A stretch of DNA of 64,000 nucleotides from positions 736,001 to 800,000 of the forward strand of contig CAVUWA010000002.1 of assembly GCA_963744995.1 (NCBI GenBank), written 5' to 3'. Positions 1 to 7,334 of this stretch are shown piece by piece (within the stretch, counting starts at the first letter, position 1; each line of letters opens with the position of its first letter). The stretch comes from Candidatus Eiseniibacteriota bacterium (lineage in GTDB: Bacteria; Eisenbacteria; RBG-16-71-46). A program made the translations under genes and the position numbers. The notes beneath the pieces were generated by a model. It was not told the origin of the DNA and ran no database searches. It worked only from the letters and a program-made list of their open reading frames with translations.

Positions 1-454
1 GGAGTTCATCCTCGTTCGGAGGTTCGAAACGCCTCCACCACTCTCGAACCTGGCCCTCGGTGACGTGGAATGTGTTTGGCGGTAGGTCGGCGTTGCGCTT
101 GAGCAAACGACGGAGCAGCTCTTCGAGGCTGACGTGCTGAAAGCGTAGTTCACTTCGGGCGCCAAGGGCTGACGCTCGCGCTCGAAAGTCCTCTCGTTCC
201 GCTCGCGTCCAAAGACCGAAGTCGAGAACGACGTCGATGCCAAGAGCCAGGGCGCGGGCCGCAACACTCCATTGCAGCGCTTCGACTGGATGGCGAACCT
301 TGTCAAGAGCCCCCTGCGTTGGGTGAGATCCAAGCAGTGTCGCAATCCACTCGTCCGGGGTCAGTCGGATCGCCGGTCGTTCACGCTCTAGTTCCTTTGC
401 AATTGTCGTCTTACCCGCGCCGGGTAGTCCGATCGCGAGAAACAGGGTAGCCAT
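1..454 (-). CDS. AAA_33-type P-loop kinase/ATP-binding protein, 3' end runs off the window
   Basis: Not in the ORF track; hand-translated from ATG 454: MATLFLAIGLPGAGKTTIAKELE...IRLTPDEW...VVLDFGLWTRAERE...FEPPNEDEL. Walker A GLPGAGKT; open to position 1. Confidence 0.85.
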   Translation of the reverse strand, partial: MATLFLAIGLPGAGKTTIAKELERERPAIRLTPDEWIATLLGSHPTQGALDKVRHPVEALQWSVAARALALGIDVVLDFGLWTRAEREDFRARASALGARSELRFQHVSLEELLRRLLKRNADLPPNTFHVTEGQVREWWRRFEPPNEDEL

Positions 455-518
455 CTGCTCAGCATAGCAGGCCCATCCGGCAAAAGGACGCCAAGTTCAA
501 AGCCAATCGAGCCGATTG

Positions 519-1517
519 TGTGGTTCACGCCTGAGCCTGACGGTCGCTGGAGGAAGATAGCCGCTCCCGAAGGACTTCGTAAGGGGTCTTTCCACGGTGA
601 GCGCCATGGGGTCTGACGAGGTTGTAGAAGCGCTCCCACTCGGCGAGCTTGGCCTCGAGATCGACGTCGTCCTTGTAGCTGAGGAGCTGGTAGAACTCGA
701 CCGCATCGGTTCGATGCGACCGCTCCACCTTGCCGTTGAGTCTCGGTGAGCGCGGTTTGATGTAGACGTGCTGGATGCCGAGCTCCTCGACGTACCAGTG
801 GAACTGCGCCTGGAACTCGTGGCCACGATCGGTGCGGATCTGACGGATCCGGAACGGGAAGCGTTCCAGCACGTAGTCCACGAAGGTGATCGCGGTGCGC
901 TGATTGTGGGTCGGGTAGACCTTCAAAGCCCGAATCCGGGTCGCATCGTCGATGGCGGTGTACTGGTAGCGGCGGACGTGCCGCCCACGCTCATCGATCA
1001 GACTCAGAAACTTCACGTCGACCTGGACGTGATGCCCTGGCACTTCCTTCTCGTACCGATGCCAGGACGGGATGGCGCGCACCGAGGCGGTCTTTGGGAG
1101 GACATTCATCCCTCTCCGCCGAAGCGCGTAGTAGACTGCGCCCGTGGAGACGCGAATGTCGTGGTAGCGCTGGAGGTACCAGACGATCCGCTGCGGACCG
1201 AAGTTGAAGTCGCGGCGAATCTGGAGGATCTGGGCTTGCAGCGTCTCGGGCAGGCGGTTCGGCGGTGGCCGCTTCGGACCCCGCTTACGCGGGAGCAGAC
1301 CCGCCTCGCCGCCGCGCTGATAGGCCCTGCGCCACTCATAGAACGTGTCCCTGGAGATCCCGAAGTAGCGGCAGGTCCGGGACACGTTCCTGCCAGCTAC
1401 GGCGTGTTCCAGCGCGGCGAGCTTCCGTTTCACTTGCGAGTTGGGGCGCGGCATGGACGAAGCCTCCTTTCAGGCCAGGGAGAATACCCAACCTGTCAGG
1501 CAGACTCGTGAATGTCA
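519..1517 (-). mobile_element. IS481-family insertion sequence
   Basis: Imperfect terminal inverted repeats: TGTGGTTCACGCCTGAGCCTGACGG (from 519) vs reverse complement of the right end TGACATTCACGAGTCTGCCTGACAG (to 1517), 17/25 identical, enclosing one transposase. No target duplication seen; ends +/-2 nt. Confidence 0.75.
525..1454 (-). CDS. IS481-family transposase (HTH + rve/DDE core)
   Basis: N-terminal HTH (VSRTCRYFGISRDTFYEW); DDE motifs QVDVK, IRTDRGHEF, NGKVERSHRT; C-terminal YNLVRPHGA. Confidence 0.93.
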   Translation of the reverse strand: MPRPNSQVKRKLAALEHAVAGRNVSRTCRYFGISRDTFYEWRRAYQRGGEAGLLPRKRGPKRPPPNRLPETLQAQILQIRRDFNFGPQRIVWYLQRYHDIRVSTGAVYYALRRRGMNVLPKTASVRAIPSWHRYEKEVPGHHVQVDVKFLSLIDERGRHVRRYQYTAIDDATRIRALKVYPTHNQRTAITFVDYVLERFPFRIRQIRTDRGHEFQAQFHWYVEELGIQHVYIKPRSPRLNGKVERSHRTDAVEFYQLLSYKDDVDLEAKLAEWERFYNLVRPHGAHRGKTPYEVLRERLSSSSDRQAQA

Positions 1518-1549
1518 TAGCTTGGGCTTCGGCGCGGAAGGAGGGCTAG

Positions 1550-2518
1550 ATGCCGAAGCTTCCGAGAGGCATGTTCTGGCGCGGGTCGAGCTACTACACC
1601 CGGCGTCGGATTGCAGGACGGGACCGGTGGTTTTCGCTGGGCCCGGAGTACGGGGCGGCCTGCCGCAAGCTGGCGGCACTCAGGAACGGGCAGGCCTCGC
1701 TGGGAGTTCGGACAACGGTTGCCCAGGTGGCACGGAGGTGGCTTGCGGTGTACGTCCCAACGGCTCGGAGCGAGAAGAACGCGCGCATGTCCGGGACTCG
1801 CGTGGACATGTACCTGGGCCGTTTCATGGGCTATCGGCCGCTCGGGAAGGTAAGCCCGGAGGACATGAGGGAGTACCGGCTGTGGCTGGAGCGACGGGAG
1901 ATCAAACCGGCCACGGTGATGCATCTGCTTTCGGATGCGCGGTGCTTCTTCAACTGGTGCGTGGAGGCTGGGTATCTGGACAAGTCGCCATTCCCACGGC
2001 GGCTGATGCCACGGATTCAGGAACGGCCCCCGGATCGCCTCACGGATGCCGAGGTGGTCGCGGTTCTGGGAGTTCCTGAGCCTTGGGGCTTCGTGATTCG
2101 TCTGGGGCTCGGTACGGGCCTCCGCTGGGGCGAGCTCACGCGGGCGCAGGCCAGCGACGTGGAGCAGGGGATGCTGGTGGTCAGTCAGACCAAGTCGGGC
2201 AGGGTGCGGCGTGTGCCGCTCCCTGCCGAAGTGCAGGGTGAGGTCCGGCTGTGGGTCGGGAGGCTGGTCGGCTATTCGGTGAAGTCACCCGGGTCGTTTG
2301 CCACACGGGTCCGGAGGCTATCGGGGGTGGCTGGGTTTCATGTTCACCAGCTGCGCCACACGTTCGCGTGTCGGTGGCTCGAGAGGGGCGGAAGTCTCGT
2401 CGCGCTGCAGCAAGTCCTCGGCCATGCGAGCGTAGTGACCACGCAGCGGTATGCGCGGCTCACGGATGAGATGGTGCGGCGGGAAGCAGAGCGGATCGGA
2501 GGAGCACAATGCGGGTAG
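1550..2518 (+). CDS. Tyrosine recombinase/phage-type integrase
   Basis: Catalytic set intact: GLRWGEL (R), QTKSG (K), HQLRHTFA (HxxR), LGHAS (H), TQRY (Y). SD GGAGG upstream. Confidence 0.93.
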   Translation: MPKLPRGMFWRGSSYYTRRRIAGRDRWFSLGPEYGAACRKLAALRNGQASLGVRTTVAQVARRWLAVYVPTARSEKNARMSGTRVDMYLGRFMGYRPLGKVSPEDMREYRLWLERREIKPATVMHLLSDARCFFNWCVEAGYLDKSPFPRRLMPRIQERPPDRLTDAEVVAVLGVPEPWGFVIRLGLGTGLRWGELTRAQASDVEQGMLVVSQTKSGRVRRVPLPAEVQGEVRLWVGRLVGYSVKSPGSFATRVRRLSGVAGFHVHQLRHTFACRWLERGGSLVALQQVLGHASVVTTQRYARLTDEMVRREAERIGGAQCG

Positions 2519-3465
2519 TCAGCACGGCGTTGCTCGCCTTGGCCATGAGCGCGTCCTGCGCAAGTGCCTGCACGTGCCCGCCGTTCACGCGGGCCGAGAT
2601 CTGGAAGAGCAATACGGCCGTGTTCGTGGGACAGATACTGGCGATCCGGGACAGTGTCGTGCGGGGGCGCATGGGCCGCACTCGCGTGGCTACGGAGATC
2701 GGCTGGGTGACTACGTTCCGGATTGAGACCGCGTGGAAGGGTGTTGCGAAGGGGCAGGTGGTGAACCTGTTCGTTCCGCGACTGTGTGGCTACCAGTGGT
2801 CGGCTGGTCAGTTGTGGGTGATCTTCGCTGCTCCAGAGCGGCACCAACCGTCATTGCTGCAAACGACCGTCTGCAGCAGGAGCGAAATCCTGAGCCCAAG
2901 CGGGGAGGCGTTTCTTTGGTTGCAGGCAAACACGCGAGGCGAGCGGGAGGAAGATGGTGCGGCTGGTGCGATTCTGACGGACACCAGCCTTGCGTTCCAT
3001 TCGACGCCAGGGATCTGGTTCATGCTCATGCGGGTAGACTGCGACCAGCCGCAGGGCATGGAAGCGGAGATCACAGACCCGACCGGCAAGGTCATCTGCC
3101 CACTGCGAGGAGGCAACTCGGGCGCCACGGCAGTTGCGAATCGATGCGACTGTCTGGGTGCGAGCATTGGTCCTCGCGAGGGGAGTATTCCGGGCTCTTC
3201 CTTCCTGAGTGCAGCCTGCTGGCAGCCCGGGACGGGGCCCTATCGGATCAGGGTGAAGGGTCTAGCACGTTGCCGAATTACGGTGAGCGCTGGTGCACAT
3301 TACTCGCCGACGCCTCATTGGGGCCCAACTGACAGCCTGACCATCGAACCGGGGGAGGAGTTCACTTGGTCAGTGTGGTGGGGAAACGTTGCTGCCGGTG
3401 ATTCGACTCGTGCGACGCTTAGGCGATCCACGGGTGACGCAATCAGGCCGGGGAAGAGCAGGTGA
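2509..3465 (+). CDS. Secreted protein with TIMP/NTR-like N-terminal domain (integrase cargo)
   Basis: Signal peptide ending ASA, mature N-terminus CTC; later CGY and TTVCS motifs; overlaps integrase stop. Confidence 0.7.
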   Translation: MRVVSTALLALAMSASCASACTCPPFTRAEIWKSNTAVFVGQILAIRDSVVRGRMGRTRVATEIGWVTTFRIETAWKGVAKGQVVNLFVPRLCGYQWSAGQLWVIFAAPERHQPSLLQTTVCSRSEILSPSGEAFLWLQANTRGEREEDGAAGAILTDTSLAFHSTPGIWFMLMRVDCDQPQGMEAEITDPTGKVICPLRGGNSGATAVANRCDCLGASIGPREGSIPGSSFLSAACWQPGTGPYRIRVKGLARCRITVSAGAHYSPTPHWGPTDSLTIEPGEEFTWSVWWGNVAAGDSTRATLRRSTGDAIRPGKSR

Positions 3466-3467
3466 TG

Positions 3468-3489
3468 TGTAGCAGCGCATGTAGCAGCG
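3468..3489 (+). repeat. 10-bp direct repeat TGTAGCAGCG x2, candidate integrase arm-type sites
   Basis: Exact copies at 3468-3477 and 3480-3489; a degenerate copy GTGTGGCAGGG at 4314-4324 follows the second cargo gene. Confidence 0.55.
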
Positions 3490-3524
3490 GCTACGCACGG
3501 CCGTTTCGGGGGCAGTGGGTCGGG

Positions 3525-3553
3525 TTGCGCAAGTGATTGCCTCGGGCGATAGT
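3525..3553 (+). promoter_or_regulatory. Sigma70-like promoter in front of the tRNA fragment
   Basis: TTGCGC (3525-3530), 17 nt, GATAGT (3548-3553); ends 11 nt before the tRNA 5' end. Confidence 0.5.
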
Positions 3554-3564
3554 CGGCCGCCCGT

Positions 3565-3603
3565 GGCCCCGTAGCTCAGATGGATAGAGCAGCGGTTTCC
3601 TAA
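3565..3603 (+). pseudogene. 5' half of tRNA-Arg(CCT), truncated right after the anticodon loop (att-site relic)
   Basis: GGCCCCG-TA-GCTC-AGATGGATA-GAGC-A-GCGGT-TTCCTAA: acceptor 5' strand, complete D arm, anticodon 5' stem and loop. The expected ACCGC is replaced by TCGAA; no T arm follows. Confidence 0.88.
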
Positions 3604-3659
3604 TCGAAAATATAGTTGTTTGCGCTTGATCGCGACCCGATCGTGCAACCCACTGCGGG

Positions 3660-3881
3660 GCGGTCCGGAAAGCAACCGGAATCGAGCGGTTCCACGTTCA
3701 CCAGATGAGGCACACCTTTGCGTGTCAGTGACTGGAACGCGGCGGCAGCCTGGCCGCGCTGCAGCAGATCCTCGGGCATGCGTCGATCGTGACGACGCAG
3801 CGCTACGCGAGGATCGCGGATGAGATGGTGATGCGAGAGGCCATCAGGCTCTCACGAGAGGAGGAAGGCCGTGCGTTGTGA
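3660..3881 (+). pseudogene. C-terminal remnant of a paralogous tyrosine integrase
   Basis: Hand translation AVRKATGIERFHVHQMRHTFACQ*LERGGSLAALQQILGHASIVTTQRYARIADEMVMREA closely matches the 1550-2518 integrase. TGA at 3729-3731 replaces Trp; the 5' three quarters are missing. Confidence 0.9.
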
Positions 3882-4284
3882 TGCGAGTAGTGTGGGCAGG
3901 GTGGCCGCCATGATCGCGGTTGCCACAGTTGTCGTTGCGACACCTGGGGTCGGCCGGGCGCAGACCCCACTGCTGACGGCTGGGCGTTCCGCTGTGATGA
4001 TCCAGGTGGGCCTCAACGGAACGAGCATCGAGGACACGTCAGGTGGGCAGACCTTGCTCAAGTTGGACGGCACAACCAACGGCCAGCCGTGGGGATCGAT
4101 TACTGGGATGTTTGCGACCGGTTCTCGAGCTTCGCTGCTGTTGGGAATTAGTGCCGCCTCGATGGGTGGTGACGTCGAGAACACAGGCCATTTCACCACG
4201 GAGGGAGGCGGCTACTACCCCGGGTGGAAGCGGAGTGGTTACACGGTGCGAATTCAGGCTGGGGCGATTATCTGGCTGAATTAG
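3871..4284 (+). CDS. Secreted hypothetical protein, possibly an internally deleted outer-membrane beta-barrel (second cargo)
   Basis: Strong SD GAGGAGG, signal peptide, amphipathic strands, C-terminal YTVRIQAGAIIWLN; overlaps the end of the integrase remnant. Confidence 0.5.
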   Translation: MRCDASSVGRVAAMIAVATVVVATPGVGRAQTPLLTAGRSAVMIQVGLNGTSIEDTSGGQTLLKLDGTTNGQPWGSITGMFATGSRASLLLGISAASMGGDVENTGHFTTEGGGYYPGWKRSGYTVRIQAGAIIWLN

Positions 4285-4448
4285 GTGGCGGGGTTGATCG
4301 GTCCGACTGAGGCGTGTGGCAGGGTGTCGAGACCGCCGCAGACCGTAGCCGATGAGATGAAGCAGCTGGCCTCCGCTGGGACGTGGTAGCCGTAGAGCGG
4401 CGCCACAGACCAGTGACGCGGTCAAAGCCGCAACGAAGGAGGCCAGCC

Positions 4449-5477
4449 GTGGACCATATTGGCATCGATCTGCACAAGCGCGAAAGCCAGATCTGCATCG
4501 AGACCGAGTTCGGAGAGATCATCGAGAAGCGGATCCGCACAGAGCGAGAGCGATTCGAGGCGCTGCTCGGGAACCGGCCCCGGGCGAAGATCCTGCTGGA
4601 AGCGATGACGGAGTCGGAGTGGGTGGCACGATGCCTCGAGGATCTGGGCCACGAAGTGGTGGTGGCCGATCCGAACTACGCGGCGATGTACGCCACGCGC
4701 AGCCGACGCGTGAAGACCGACCGACGCGACGCCGCCACGCTGGCCGACGCCTGTCGGCTGGGCGCCTATCGGCCGGCCCACCGGGCGAGCGATCACCAAC
4801 GTCACGTGCGGGCCGAGCTCGCGGTGCGAGACACCCTGGTGCGAACGCGAGTGAAGTGCGTGGCGCTGGTCGGGGCCTTGCTGCGGCGCCACGGGGTGCA
4901 CCTGCCGAGCGGGAACGTGGACGGGTTCCTGGGACGGGTCGAGCGACAGGCGATGCCGGCGGAGCAGCGCCAGGAGATCGCGCCGCTGCTCCTGCTGATC
5001 CAGACCACCCATGCCGAGATCAAAGCCGCGGACCAGCGGATCGCAACCATCGCGGCGAACGACCCGGTGATCCGACGCCTGCGAACGGTTCCTGGCGTGG
5101 GACCGGTGACAGCGACGGCGTTCGTGGCCACGCTCGACACCTGGGAGCGTTTCGAAGGACCGCACCAGGTCGAGGCTTACCTGGGACTGGCGCCGAGCGA
5201 GCGCAGCTCGGGTGAGCGACAGCACCGCGGAGCGATCACCAAGGCCGGCAACAGCCGGGTGCGCTGGCTGCTGGTGGAAGCCGCGTGGGCGATCCTGCGT
5301 TCGCGTCGCGACGACACCGAGCCGTTGCGGCGCTGGGCCCAACGGATCGCGCTGCGCCGCGGAATGAAGGTGGGCATTGTCGCCCTGGCGAGGAAGCTCG
5401 CAGGCATCTTGTACGCGATGTGGCGGGACGGGTCGACGTACGAGAAGCGTGAGGGACGGACGGTCGAAGCGGCGTAG
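4449..5477 (+). CDS. IS110-family DEDD transposase/recombinase
   Basis: GTG start with SD AGGAGG; GIDLHK, LEA, KTDRRDA (DEDD), VPGVG, LGLAPSERSSG (Tnp-domain Ser), ITKAGN, ALARKL. Confidence 0.95.
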   Translation: MDHIGIDLHKRESQICIETEFGEIIEKRIRTERERFEALLGNRPRAKILLEAMTESEWVARCLEDLGHEVVVADPNYAAMYATRSRRVKTDRRDAATLADACRLGAYRPAHRASDHQRHVRAELAVRDTLVRTRVKCVALVGALLRRHGVHLPSGNVDGFLGRVERQAMPAEQRQEIAPLLLLIQTTHAEIKAADQRIATIAANDPVIRRLRTVPGVGPVTATAFVATLDTWERFEGPHQVEAYLGLAPSERSSGERQHRGAITKAGNSRVRWLLVEAAWAILRSRRDDTEPLRRWAQRIALRRGMKVGIVALARKLAGILYAMWRDGSTYEKREGRTVEAA

Positions 5478-5710
5478 AGCGAAGAGAACATCTCAGCCGG
5501 GTTCAAACACAGGGGAGCGGTGAGCGCGAACGGACTTGTGGCTGCTGTCGAAGCCGAGTAGCCGATTGGCGCCCTGCCCCCGTCGGAGAACTCACCATGC
5601 GCCGGCGGCAGAGTCGCCCACGCTGAGCGCGAAAAGACGGATGAAGAACCTCGCTGAGAGAGGCACAGCAAACGAGTAAGATGGGCGCGGCTTCCGCGCC
5701 TCAGCGGAGC
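5478..5710 (+). ncRNA. Candidate bridge/seek RNA region in the IS right non-coding end
   Basis: About 230 nt non-coding with several hairpins; contains GTAGCCGAT (5558-5566, equal to the left junction) and CGTCGG (5581-5586, complementary to the right flank). Boundaries unknown. Confidence 0.55.
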
Positions 5711-5721
5711 GCTGCTTCAAA

Positions 5722-5814
5722 GCCGACGTCGTGCGCGAGACGCTCGACTGGCTGAACCGCTATCTGGAGCCGGTCCACACGGGCCCGTCCGGAGCCTCCA
5801 GCCCACACGGATAG
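5722..5814 (+). pseudogene. 3' remnant of a host gene cut at the IS right junction
   Basis: Reads ADVVRETLDWLNRYLEPVHTG...stop, resembling the terminal helix of alpha/beta-hydrolase domains; no 5' part in the window. Confidence 0.5.
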
Positions 5815-5824
5815 GGCTGCGCGC

Positions 5825-7195
5825 CTACTCCCGCCCTTCCGAGATCGCCTCGCCCAGGACTGCGCTCTCGTGCGCGATTGTCGCGGCCCCGCCCCGCCCC
5901 GGCGCCGACTCCTTCACCATCATCATCGCGATCACGCCGATCACCGCGGCGCCCGTCCAGTAGAACGCCGGCGCCAGCGGGTTCTTCGTCCAGTCGATCA
6001 ACAGTTTGATCATGAACTGGGTCGAGCCGCCGAAGATCGAAATCGCGAAGGCGTAGATCGTCGCCACGGCGCCGGAGCGGATGTGCGGCGGCAGGGTCTC
6101 GGTGATCGTGACGATCACCGGCACCGATGAAAGCGCGGCGAACATCACCATCACGCCCTCGGCACCGTAGAGCACCCACATGCTCTTCGCGTGGCCGATG
6201 ACCCAGAAGCAGGGGAGGATCGCGAGCACGAGCAGCAGGCCCGGAATGATCATCACGGGCTTCCTGCCGAAGCGATCCGACAGCCAGCCGCTCAGCACCT
6301 CGAACACGATCGACACGCTGCCGTTGAGGACGATGAGAGTGAACGAAATCGTCGCGGGCAGCTTCAGCGTGTCGAGTGCGTATGTGGCCATGTAGCCGGT
6401 CGTGTAGCTCCCGATCGTTCCGGCCGTCAGCATGATGAGCCCGAGCACGGTGATCGCGAGGAACGGGCGAATCCGTTCGCGCAGAGGCCGGCGCACCGCC
6501 GCGGCCGCGCCGGGCGGCGGCGCTGCGGCGCGCGGCTTCTCCAGCGTCTCCGGCAGCGTCCGCCGCACCAGCAGCCCGAACGGCACGATCAGCGCGCCGA
6601 TCAGCAGCGCCACGCGCCAGCCCCAATCCTGAAGCTGCTGGTCGCTGAGGTGGGAGGCGAGCGTCGTGCCCACGAGCCCCGCGAACAGCACGGCGCCGTC
6701 CTGCGTCGCGTACTGCATGGACAGGTAGAGCCCGCGCCGGCGCGGCGGTGCAGCCTCCGCCATGTACGCGGTAGTCGGGCCGACCTCGCCGCCGAGCGCG
6801 AAACCCTGCACCAGGCGGAACAGCAGCACGAGCGCGGGCGCCCACGCACCGATCGCCGCGTAGGACGGCGTGAGCGCCAGGCCCACGATCGCCACGCCCA
6901 TCAGCGAGAACGAGAACACCATCGCCGGCTTGCGGCCGATGCGGTCGCCCATGCCGCCGATCACGATGGCGCCGATGGGGCGGGTCAGGAACCCGGCGCC
7001 GAACGTAGCGAGCGTGGCGAGCAGCGCCGCCGACGGGCTCTCGCCGGGATAGAACGTGCGCGAGATGTAAACGGCGAAGTAGGAAAACGTGAGGAAGTCG
7101 TAGAACTCGAGACCGTTGCCGACGAACACGGCCATGACGTGCTTGAGCGGGACGCGGCGCACTGCGGGCGCTGCGGTCTTTTCGACGGTGTTCAT
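5825..7195 (-). CDS. MFS transporter, metabolite:H+ symporter (ProP/CitA-like)
   Basis: GNGLEFYDF, GDRIGRK, RLVQGFALGGE, SDRFGRK; about 12 TM segments. Confidence 0.92.
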   Translation of the reverse strand: MNTVEKTAAPAVRRVPLKHVMAVFVGNGLEFYDFLTFSYFAVYISRTFYPGESPSAALLATLATFGAGFLTRPIGAIVIGGMGDRIGRKPAMVFSFSLMGVAIVGLALTPSYAAIGAWAPALVLLFRLVQGFALGGEVGPTTAYMAEAAPPRRRGLYLSMQYATQDGAVLFAGLVGTTLASHLSDQQLQDWGWRVALLIGALIVPFGLLVRRTLPETLEKPRAAAPPPGAAAAVRRPLRERIRPFLAITVLGLIMLTAGTIGSYTTGYMATYALDTLKLPATISFTLIVLNGSVSIVFEVLSGWLSDRFGRKPVMIIPGLLLVLAILPCFWVIGHAKSMWVLYGAEGVMVMFAALSSVPVIVTITETLPPHIRSGAVATIYAFAISIFGGSTQFMIKLLIDWTKNPLAPAFYWTGAAVIGVIAMMMVKESAPGRGGAATIAHESAVLGEAISEGRE

Positions 7196-7334
7196 TCAGT
7201 CTCCCGCGGAAAGACAATTCGACGCAGATTGCTCGACACAGGACGAAGCGCCCTCGACGTCGGGATCCGGGGCGTGCGGGTGGCTCCTCCCGCCGTTCGG
7301 CGTGGTCCGGCTCCGCATGACGCAGCGGTCGAGT

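Larger units (their letters stand above)
4350..5723 (+). mobile_element. IS110-family element, IS1111-like (sub-terminal inverted repeats)
   Basis: Sub-terminal IR TGAAGCAGC (4358-4366) / GCTGCTTCA (5711-5719), extended by CTCCGCTG / CAGCGGAG. AGCCGA occurs at both junctions (4347-4352, 5721-5726); exact crossover within it is unresolved. Confidence 0.8.

Noticed and set aside
18..40. GGAGGTTCGAAACGCCTCCACCA resembles a tRNA T-arm plus CCA, a candidate missing 3' half
   Set aside because: It lies inside the kinase CDS on the opposite strand (WWRRFEPP), has wrong arm spacing and cannot pair with the GGCCCCG acceptor strand.
3729..3731. TGA at a conserved Trp as stop-codon recoding
   Set aside because: TGA ends many intact genes here and the fragment lacks its 5' part; simple decay explains it.
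3602..3900. Group I intron in tRNA-Arg(CCU), as known in some alphaproteobacteria
   Set aside because: No internal guide able to form P1, no 3' exon, and the downstream DNA is an integrase remnant.
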